39,877 bases of DNA from Minisyncoccota bacterium. Lineage in GTDB: Bacteria; Patescibacteriota; Minisyncoccia; Minisyncoccales; CSSED10-335. A program made the position numbers and the translations under genes. The notes under the pieces were generated by a model. The model did no database searches, was not told the origin of the DNA, and saw nothing but the letters and a program-made list of their open reading frames with translations. Where the stretch lies: NCBI GenBank assembly GCA_028701035.1, contig JAQVRO010000002.1, positions 30,226-70,102 on the forward strand. The letters are read 5' to 3'. Position 1 is the stretch's first letter, and every line of letters begins with the position of its first letter. This document shows positions 33,481 to 39,877 of the stretch, piece by piece.

Positions 33481-34749
33481 ATGAAAAAAACAAAATTTCA
33501 AAAGCCAACAGGAATGCACGATATTATATTTGGAGATCAAAAGTATTTTCAAAGTATAATTAGCACAGTTGAGGGTGTTTCCGACTATTATGGGTTTTCA
33601 AAAATTGATACACCGATACTAGAAGATGAAGATCTTTTTTTGAAAGGAGTTGGTGAGGCAACAGATATATCGGAAAAAGAAATGTATACCCTAAAGACTA
33701 AGGGTGGCGACAGACTCGCTTTAAGGCCCGAGGGCACAGCATCGGTTGTGAGGTCATATATTGAGTCTGGTATGGCTAATAGGCCACAACCTGTAAAACT
33801 CTACTATATCGGCCCATTTTTTCGTCATGAACGCCCTCAAGCTGGAAGATATCGTCAATTTTATCAATTTGGTCTAGAAGTATTGGGGGATAGCAATCCT
33901 GTTATTGACGCCCAGATAATAAATATTGTTTATTCTATACTAACAGACTTAAAATTAAAGAATATATCAATAGAAGTTAATAGTATTGGAGACAAAGAAT
34001 GTCGCAATGCTTATAAAAAAACTCTAGTAAAGTATCTTAAATCTAAATCATCGTTGCTTTGTTCTGATTGTAAGAGAAGAACTAAAGAAAACCCTTTAAG
34101 GTTTTTTGATTGTAAAGACCCAAAATGTCAAGCTGTTAAGGCAGAAGCTCCTAAGATAATTGATAACTTATGTGAGGATTGCCATTCTCATTTTAAGCAG
34201 ACTCTTGAATATTTAGACGGCCTTGAACTTCCTTATCAAATTAATCCTTGCTTAGTGCGTGGATTAGATTATTACACCAAAACTGTTTTTGAGTTTTTTG
34301 TAACCACAAAAGAAGGTAAGTCTTTGGCTTTAGGTGGTGGTGGTCGTTATGATTATTTAGTGAAGTTGCTTGGAGGTAAAGAAACACCGGCAGTTGGTGC
34401 TGCTTTTGGAATAGAAAGAATTATGCAAGCCATGAAAGATATGAATTTAATTGATGGACCAAAGTCAAAGGATAAAGTTTTCTTAGCTCAAATTGGTATT
34501 TTGGCTAAGAGTAAGAGTTTAGTTTTAATAGAGTCTTTGCGTAGAGCCAAAATTCCAGTAGTTGAGTCGTTAGGTAAGGATGCGCTTAAAATCCAAATGA
34601 CTAAGGCGTCAAGGATCGGTTCTAAGTTCATAATTATTATTGGACACAAAGAAGCAACAGAAAACTCGGCAATAATTAAAAACATGGAAACTGGACGGCA
34701 AGAAACGGTTGCGCTAGATAAAGTAGTATCTAAAATTAAAAAAGGATAA
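33481..34749 (+). CDS. hisS: Histidine--tRNA ligase.
   Basis: The class II motifs are RPEGTASVVR, GPFFRHERPQAGRYRQFYQ and GGGGRYD. I chose the ATG at 33481 (MKKTKFQKPTGMHDI); the track start at 33457 overlaps lepB. Confidence 0.9.
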   Translation: MKKTKFQKPTGMHDIIFGDQKYFQSIISTVEGVSDYYGFSKIDTPILEDEDLFLKGVGEATDISEKEMYTLKTKGGDRLALRPEGTASVVRSYIESGMANRPQPVKLYYIGPFFRHERPQAGRYRQFYQFGLEVLGDSNPVIDAQIINIVYSILTDLKLKNISIEVNSIGDKECRNAYKKTLVKYLKSKSSLLCSDCKRRTKENPLRFFDCKDPKCQAVKAEAPKIIDNLCEDCHSHFKQTLEYLDGLELPYQINPCLVRGLDYYTKTVFEFFVTTKEGKSLALGGGGRYDYLVKLLGGKETPAVGAAFGIERIMQAMKDMNLIDGPKSKDKVFLAQIGILAKSKSLVLIESLRRAKIPVVESLGKDALKIQMTKASRIGSKFIIIIGHKEATENSAIIKNMETGRQETVALDKVVSKIKKG

Positions 34750-34750
34750 T

Positions 34751-35095
34751 ATGTGTATATTTTGCGATATAGCAAACAAGCAAGCTCCAGCCTCAATAGT
34801 ATACGAAGACGATTTATCTTTGGTTTTTAAAAATATTAGGCCATCAGCCCCAATTCATTTGTTAATTATTCCTAAAAAACATATAGATTCAATTGATCAT
34901 ATTGACGATAAAGATGAAGCATTGGTGGGTCATTTGCTTTGTGTCGCACAAAAGGTCGCCAAACAAGAGAAATTATCTGGATACAAGTTAGTGGTTAATG
35001 TTGGTAGGGATGGAGGTCAAGAGATATTTCATCTTCATATACACTTGCTAAGTGGCTGGAATAATGCTAAGGATAGAGATATAATACACAATTAA
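34751..35095 (+). CDS. HIT family (histidine triad) protein.
   Basis: The 114 aa product has CIFCDI and HLHIHLL motifs. Confidence 0.85.
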   Translation: MCIFCDIANKQAPASIVYEDDLSLVFKNIRPSAPIHLLIIPKKHIDSIDHIDDKDEALVGHLLCVAQKVAKQEKLSGYKLVVNVGRDGGQEIFHLHIHLLSGWNNAKDRDIIHN

Positions 35096-35126
35096 ACAGT
35101 AGTTGCTGTTAGTTGTATAAACAAAA

Positions 35127-35363
35127 ATGTCGTTAGAAATAAAAAAACAAGATAGAGAAACTACTCAGAGCTTAATTCGCAGATTTACCAAAGCGATTAA
35201 GCAAAGTGGTATATTAAGAGAGGCAAGAAGAAGAAGATTCTTCGAGCGACCACTTGGTAAACAAGCCAAAAAAGCAGTAGCTCTTAGAAAGATTAGAGCT
35301 CGAGAAGAGTATGCTAAAGCTGAGAAATTAGGACTTAACAAAGACAAGGGTTTTAGAAGATAA
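35127..35363 (+). CDS. rpsU: 30S ribosomal protein S21.
   Basis: The 78 aa basic product has LIRRFTKAIKQSGILREARRRRFFERP, typical of S21. It is followed by yqeY, as in many Firmicutes-type arrangements. Confidence 0.8.
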   Translation: MSLEIKKQDRETTQSLIRRFTKAIKQSGILREARRRRFFERPLGKQAKKAVALRKIRAREEYAKAEKLGLNKDKGFRR

Positions 35364-35367
35364 CCAA

Positions 35368-35844
35368 ATGTTTAAAGATCAAATACAAGATGATCTTAAA
35401 AATGCAATGAAAGGTGGTGATGCTATTACACTATCTGTTTTGCGTATGACCCTATCTGCTATTAATGAAAAAGAAAAGATTAAAAGGTATAATTTTTCGA
35501 AAGAGGGGTTGTCTGAAGAAGACTTGGTTTTGAAAAGTAAGCTTAACGACGAAGAAGTCATGGATATTATTTTCTCCGAAGTAAAAAAGAGAAAAGACTC
35601 AATTAAAGAATTTGAAAAAGGTAATAGGGAAGATCTGGTTTCAAAAGAGAAAGCTGAATTAGATTGCTTGCTAAAATATTTACCTCAACAAATGTCCGAA
35701 GAAGAATTAAGACCAATCGTTCAGAAAGCTATTGACGAATCGGGTAAAGATTTTGGTAAGATTATGTCGGTAATTATGCCTCAGGTAAAGGGTAAGGCCG
35801 ACGGTTCTCAAATTAGTGCTATCGTTAAAGAATTATTACAATAA
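35368..35844 (+). CDS. yqeY: GatB/YqeY domain protein.
   Basis: The N-terminus is I.DDLKNAMKGGD...LSVLRM..SAI, and the size is typical of YqeY. Confidence 0.8.
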   Translation: MFKDQIQDDLKNAMKGGDAITLSVLRMTLSAINEKEKIKRYNFSKEGLSEEDLVLKSKLNDEEVMDIIFSEVKKRKDSIKEFEKGNREDLVSKEKAELDCLLKYLPQQMSEEELRPIVQKAIDESGKDFGKIMSVIMPQVKGKADGSQISAIVKELLQ

Positions 35845-36219
35845 ATGGCTGTGCTAGTATCAGTTAATAACTTAACAGACTTTAAGGTTAGTAGTATCTT
35901 TGTTAGACGGATTATCAAATCCGTTTTTTTAAACGAAGGAGTAAAAAGCGCAGAGATATCGGTTGCTTTTTTAGGCGAAGACGAAATTAGAAATATTAAT
36001 AAGGAGTATCGCAACAAAGATAAGGCTACTGATGTCTTGTCTTTTTTGTTAGATAAAGATAATATGATCGGAGAAATTATAATCTGCCCTACGAAAGTTA
36101 AAGGTGAGTTATCCGAAGTTTTAATACATGGCTCTTTGCATTTATTGGGTTATGATCATGAGAAAAGCAAGAAAGAGAGAGAGTTGATGAGAGCCAAAGA
36201 AGACTTTTATTCTTTTTGA
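35845..36219 (+). CDS. ybeY: rRNA maturation endoribonuclease YbeY.
   Basis: It has the HGSLHLLGYDHE zinc motif. The 124 aa product is a short form. Confidence 0.85.
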   Translation: MAVLVSVNNLTDFKVSSIFVRRIIKSVFLNEGVKSAEISVAFLGEDEIRNINKEYRNKDKATDVLSFLLDKDNMIGEIIICPTKVKGELSEVLIHGSLHLLGYDHEKSKKERELMRAKEDFYSF

Positions 36220-36303
36220 CTTTTGTTGTTTTTTTGCTATTCTTTAATTGATTTGTAATTTTATAAAAAGAGTAGTATACTTAACTATTAAGCTTTAAAA
36301 TTT

Positions 36304-37512
36304 ATGTCTAATAATATTATTACAGGAATAGATATTGGAACAGGTAGTGTTAAGGTTGTTTCGGCGAGAAAAAATCCCGAAACTTTGAATTTTGAAGTTT
36401 TGGCTAAAATTCAGAAGCCAATACTTGGTGTTAGAAAGGGAGTCGTTTCTGATATAGACGAAGTTTCGAGTGCTATTAAAGAGTGTATTAAAGAAATTGA
36501 AGTTCAGATTAACGAAAAAATAGATGGCGCATATGTTAATGCTAACGGAAGTCACATATCATGCACATCTTCTCAGGGTTTAGTTTCTGTTTCTCGAGCC
36601 GATCAGAGAATATCTTTAGAAGATATTGATAGAGTTATTCAAGCTGCTAGAGCGTTTCCTGTTTCTAAGAATAAAGAGATAATAGATGTTTATCCCAAAG
36701 AGTTTATCATTGACGGAGAGAGAGGAATCAAAGACCCTCTAGATATGCAGGGGGTGAGATTTGAGGCCGAAGTGTTAGTTGTTGAGGGATTCTCTCAGTA
36801 TATTAAAAATACAAGCCAAGTGATACTAGACAGTGAATTACAATTATACGATGTTGTTATTAATCCGTTGGCAGCTGCTAGCTCTGTTGTTAACTCAAAG
36901 GACAAAGAAAGAGGGGTTGCTGTAATTGACATTGGAGCTAACACAACATCGTTAGCTGTATTTGAAGAAGGCAGTTTACTGCATTTAGCTGTTTTCCCAA
37001 TAGGCTCTAATAATATTACTAACGATATTGCTATTGGTCTTAAGACGGATATTGATACGGCCGAAGAGATTAAGCTTACTTTTGGTTCTTGCTCAGTTCA
37101 AAAAGGAGATAAAAAAACAGAGAAAGTAACATCCAAAGAATCAGAAGAGATTGTTTCTTTTTCTCGTGCCGTCTTAAGAAAGATTATTGAGGCTCGTGTT
37201 TCTGAAGTTTTTGATTTAATTGAAGCTGATTTAGAGAGAATATCTAAGAATCAAAAACTTCCAGCTGGTATAATATTAACAGGAGGAGGTTCAGAGTTAC
37301 CCGGGATATCAGAATTAGCTAAAAAAGAATTTAAGCTTCCTTGTCGGGTTGGTCATCCACTTAATTTTACTCCTGAAATAGTTGATCCTAAATTTTCAGT
37401 TGCTTGTGGCTTAGTAGTAATCGGAAATGATTTAGACGATGGCGAGTCGGACAGTATGTTCTCGGGTATTGGGAGTAAAATTAGAAGTTTTTTTAAAATG
37501 CTTATACCATAA
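36304..37512 (+). CDS. ftsA: Cell division protein FtsA.
   Basis: It has actin-fold motifs (GIDIGTGSVKVV, VIDIGANTTS, LTGGGSELPG) and a C-terminal amphipathic helix (GIGSKIRSFFKMLIP). Confidence 0.9.
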   Translation: MSNNIITGIDIGTGSVKVVSARKNPETLNFEVLAKIQKPILGVRKGVVSDIDEVSSAIKECIKEIEVQINEKIDGAYVNANGSHISCTSSQGLVSVSRADQRISLEDIDRVIQAARAFPVSKNKEIIDVYPKEFIIDGERGIKDPLDMQGVRFEAEVLVVEGFSQYIKNTSQVILDSELQLYDVVINPLAAASSVVNSKDKERGVAVIDIGANTTSLAVFEEGSLLHLAVFPIGSNNITNDIAIGLKTDIDTAEEIKLTFGSCSVQKGDKKTEKVTSKESEEIVSFSRAVLRKIIEARVSEVFDLIEADLERISKNQKLPAGIILTGGGSELPGISELAKKEFKLPCRVGHPLNFTPEIVDPKFSVACGLVVIGNDLDDGESDSMFSGIGSKIRSFFKMLIP

Positions 37513-38441
37513 TGGATAAAACAACAAAAATTAAAGTAGTAGGTGTCGGTGGTTCTGGATCAAATGCTGTCACCAGAATGATGAAGTGTAAGCTAGAAGG
37601 AGTTGAGTTGATTGCTATTAATACCGATTTACAGGACTTAAAGAAAGCTAGCGCTCATACCAAGATAAGAATTGGACAAGAGAGCACTAAGGGTTTGGGA
37701 ACGGGCATGAATCCTAATCTTGGCAAAATAGCTGCCGAAGAAGATCGCGACACAATCAAACAAGCGATAGCAGGTGCTGATTTGATTTTTATTGCTTGTG
37801 GTCTTGGAGGTGGTACTGGCACTGGTGTTGCTCCTGTTGTAGCTCAAATAGCCAAAGAAATGGGCATATTAACAATAGCAGTAGTTACTACCCCCTTTTC
37901 TTTTGAAGGAAAGGAAAGATCTCGTATTGCTAGCAAAGGAGAAGAAGTTTTAAAAGATAGCGTTGATACTCTTATTTCTGTTTCTAACGACAAACTATAC
38001 AATTTTATAGACTCCAAAATGTCGATTGAGTCTGCTTTCTGGATGTGCGACGAAGTATTAAGGCAAGCAGTAAGTGGGATATCTGATCTTATTACTTTAC
38101 CTGGGATAATAAATATAGATTTTGCTGATGTTAAGGCAATGTTAAAAGATTCGGGTTCAGCTATTTTTGGTATTGGTATTGCTTCTGGAGAAAATCGATA
38201 CAAAGAAGCAACGCTTAGCGCACTTAACTCTCCTTTTATAGATGTTTCGTGCAATAAGGCAAAGGGAGTTCTTTTTAATGTAAGTGGAGGGGAAGATATT
38301 AGTTTGGTAGAAATCAACGAAATCGCTAAGACAATTAAAGAAAGAGTGTCTACAGATGCCAGAATAATATTTGGTGCTGTCCAAGACGAGGATCTTAAAA
38401 AAGGTGAAATAAAAGTAACCGTTGTCGTGACAGGATTTTAA
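37512..38441 (+). CDS. ftsZ: Cell division GTPase FtsZ (core only, 309 aa).
   Basis: It has GVGGSGSNAV, GGGTGTGVAPV and NIDFADV. The protein ends at KVTVVVTGF, the last strand of the globular domain. Confidence 0.95.
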   Translation: MDKTTKIKVVGVGGSGSNAVTRMMKCKLEGVELIAINTDLQDLKKASAHTKIRIGQESTKGLGTGMNPNLGKIAAEEDRDTIKQAIAGADLIFIACGLGGGTGTGVAPVVAQIAKEMGILTIAVVTTPFSFEGKERSRIASKGEEVLKDSVDTLISVSNDKLYNFIDSKMSIESAFWMCDEVLRQAVSGISDLITLPGIINIDFADVKAMLKDSGSAIFGIGIASGENRYKEATLSALNSPFIDVSCNKAKGVLFNVSGGEDISLVEINEIAKTIKERVSTDARIIFGAVQDEDLKKGEIKVTVVVTGF

Positions 38442-38459
38442 AAATTAATTTAATAAATT

Positions 38460-39877
38460 ATGGATAATAAAACTAAATCTGTTAAAAAGAGGAGTGGGGA
38501 AATTGTTGATTTTGATTTGGAAAAGATAAGACTAGCCGCTTACAAAGCTCTTACATCTTCTGGGCAAGGGGATGGTATAATATCAGCTCGTGTTGCAAAA
38601 AGAGTCGGTGAGTTAGTTGATGTGAGATTTAAAAAAGAAGAAATTCCCAATGTTGAGCAAATACAAGACACAGTTGAAGAAGTTTTAATCCTAGAAGGTT
38701 TAGTAGAAGCCGCCAAAGCATTTATTCTTTATCGAGAAAAAAGGAGAGAAATTAGAGAAACCGTAGCTGAATTTGATGAGTCAACCGAGATCATTGATAA
38801 ATATTTAAAAGAGTTAGATTGGCAGATAAAAGAAAATGCCAATATGACATATTCTTTGCAAGGTCTTAATCAATATACTGTTTCGCGTATTGCTAAAAAA
38901 TATTGGCTAAACAGAGTTTATCCTGAGAATATTAGAAAGGTGGCTGAGGAAGAAGATATACATATTCATGACTTAGATTCTCTCTCAACTTATTGTTGTG
39001 GTTGGGATTTGCAAGATTTATTAGTTAGGGGTTTTGGAGGGGTTCCATCTAAGATAGAATCTAAGCCTCCAAAGCATCTAAGAACTGCGCTAGGTCAGGT
39101 TGTTAATTTCTTTTTTACTCTTCAGGGGGAGAGTGCTGGCGCACAAGCTATGAGTAGTTTTGATACTCTTTTAGCCCCTTTTATCAGATACGACAACTTA
39201 AGCTACAATCAAGTCAAGCAATCAATACAAGAGTTTTTGTTTAATTGTATGGTTCCAACTAGAGTTGGATTTCAGTGCCTTTCTGAAGATACTGAAATAT
39301 TAACCAAAGATGGTTGGAAGGGATACAGCGAGGTTAAAAAAGGCAATATTATAAAGACATTTAATATCGAAAAAGGAATCATAGAAGAAAAAAAGGTTAA
39401 GCATATCTTTAATCGGGAGTACAGTGGAAAAATGTATAGGATTCTTAATAGAATTCAAGATCAGCTTATCTCTCCGGGGCATCGTATGGTGAGGAAAAAG
39501 TTTAACAGTGAAGAATATGTTTTAGAAGAAGTGGAGGAGGTGGTTAAATTAAAATCACCACAAGCTATTCCTATTGCCGCCAACAACAATAATAAAGATA
39601 TCAAGCTTACCAACGAAGAAATAAGGTTAGTGGCTTGGATTGTTTCGGAGGGGAGCATGGAAGTCAAGGGAAATTGGAGAAGAATAATGATTTATCAATC
39701 AAAAGAAAAGAACCGAGAGAAGTATGAAGAAATTCTCGCACTTTTAGATTTGCTTGGTCTTGAATATAGCTTGCAAAACGGAACAAAGTCATTGGGGGAT
39801 GTTGTGGTTCAGATTAGATTTAATGCTGAAAACTCCAATAGAATTTTAGGTCTTTTTGATGGAAGAGAAAGCGTTAA
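38460..39877 (+). CDS. nrdD: Anaerobic ribonucleoside-triphosphate reductase NrdD, 5' partial (it runs off the window) and interrupted by an intein.
   Basis: I translated it by hand; it is not in the ORF track because no stop is reached. It has an ATP-cone (VKKRSGEIVDFDLEKI...), then KENANMTYS...DIHIHDLDS...KPPKH...AGAQAMSSFDTLLAPF. This tracks E. coli NrdD as I remember it. Confidence 0.85.
   Translation, partial: MDNKTKSVKKRSGEIVDFDLEKIRLAAYKALTSSGQGDGIISARVAKRVGELVDVRFKKEEIPNVEQIQDTVEEVLILEGLVEAAKAFILYREKRREIRETVAEFDESTEIIDKYLKELDWQIKENANMTYSLQGLNQYTVSRIAKKYWLNRVYPENIRKVAEEEDIHIHDLDSLSTYCCGWDLQDLLVRGFGGVPSKIESKPPKHLRTALGQVVNFFFTLQGESAGAQAMSSFDTLLAPFIRYDNLSYNQVKQSIQEFLFNCMVPTRVGFQCLSEDTEILTKDGWKGYSEVKKGNIIKTFNIEKGIIEEKKVKHIFNREYSGKMYRILNRIQDQLISPGHRMVRKKFNSEEYVLEEVEEVVKLKSPQAIPIAANNNNKDIKLTNEEIRLVAWIVSEGSMEVKGNWRRIMIYQSKEKNREKYEEILALLDLLGLEYSLQNGTKSLGDVVVQIRFNAENSNRILGLFDGRESV
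39276..39877 (+). mobile_element. Intein (N-terminal part, with a homing-endonuclease-like region) inside nrdD.
   Basis: Block A is CLSEDTEILT, directly after the extein sequence VPTRVGFQ. A block-B-like ISPGHRMV lies about 65 aa later. A LAGLIDADG-like LVAWIVSEGSM is present. The extein sequence does not resume before the window ends. Confidence 0.75.

Noticed and set aside
37638-38384. Minus-strand ORFs inside ftsZ (37638-37847, 37844-38317, 38157-38384).
   Set aside because: They are antisense shadows of a conserved gene, with no promoter, start context or recognisable domains.

Overview
This is an AT-rich, gene-dense 39.9 kb bacterial chromosomal window. Almost everything is on the + strand; only a pilin gene and topA-pth are on the - strand.

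Most of it is housekeeping:
- secG, RNase J, and groES-groEL behind a degenerate CIRCE operator
- LemA-HtpX, a P-type ATPase, an ABC-F ATPase, RNase R and ychF
- topA, pth, lepB, hisS, a HIT protein, and rpsU-yqeY-ybeY
- ftsA-ftsZ and the 5' part of an ATP-cone nrdD that is interrupted by an intein
- two long-variable-arm tRNAs, Leu-CAG and Ser-GGA

The genome style suggests a streamlined CPR/Patescibacteria-like bacterium, but this is inference only. The cues are a cupin-type PGI, a lone type IV pilin, an RRM protein, short proteins, almost no Shine-Dalgarno sequences, and ordinary TGA/TAA/TAG stops.

Unusual parts:
1. A four-gene cassette lies directly 3' of tRNA-Ser (10355-13164). It holds a candidate nuclease, an m5C DNA methyltransferase and two tightly coupled unknown genes, one of them a small membrane protein. 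A truncated XRE-HTH gene remnant precedes it. This is my best candidate for an undescribed defence-type module.
2. An ATP-grasp ligase, FGase-family amidohydrolase and Pif1-like helicase form an operon (20328-23492). In front of it is a mini-ORF (MIITIQNKFFFSPDIRGACLV) that overlaps a strong intrinsic terminator.
3. A composite intergenic element occurs three times (1-95, 20006-20091, 23562-23657). It combines a hairpin whose stem shows compensatory changes with a conserved CGTTGCGTTGGA box at a fixed distance upstream of sigma70-like promoters.
4. At least seven promoters have a -10 box ending 6-8 nt before an ATG, which suggests widespread leaderless mRNAs.
5. FtsZ ends exactly at the globular core.

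I found no CRISPR array, transposase, integrase or rRNA.
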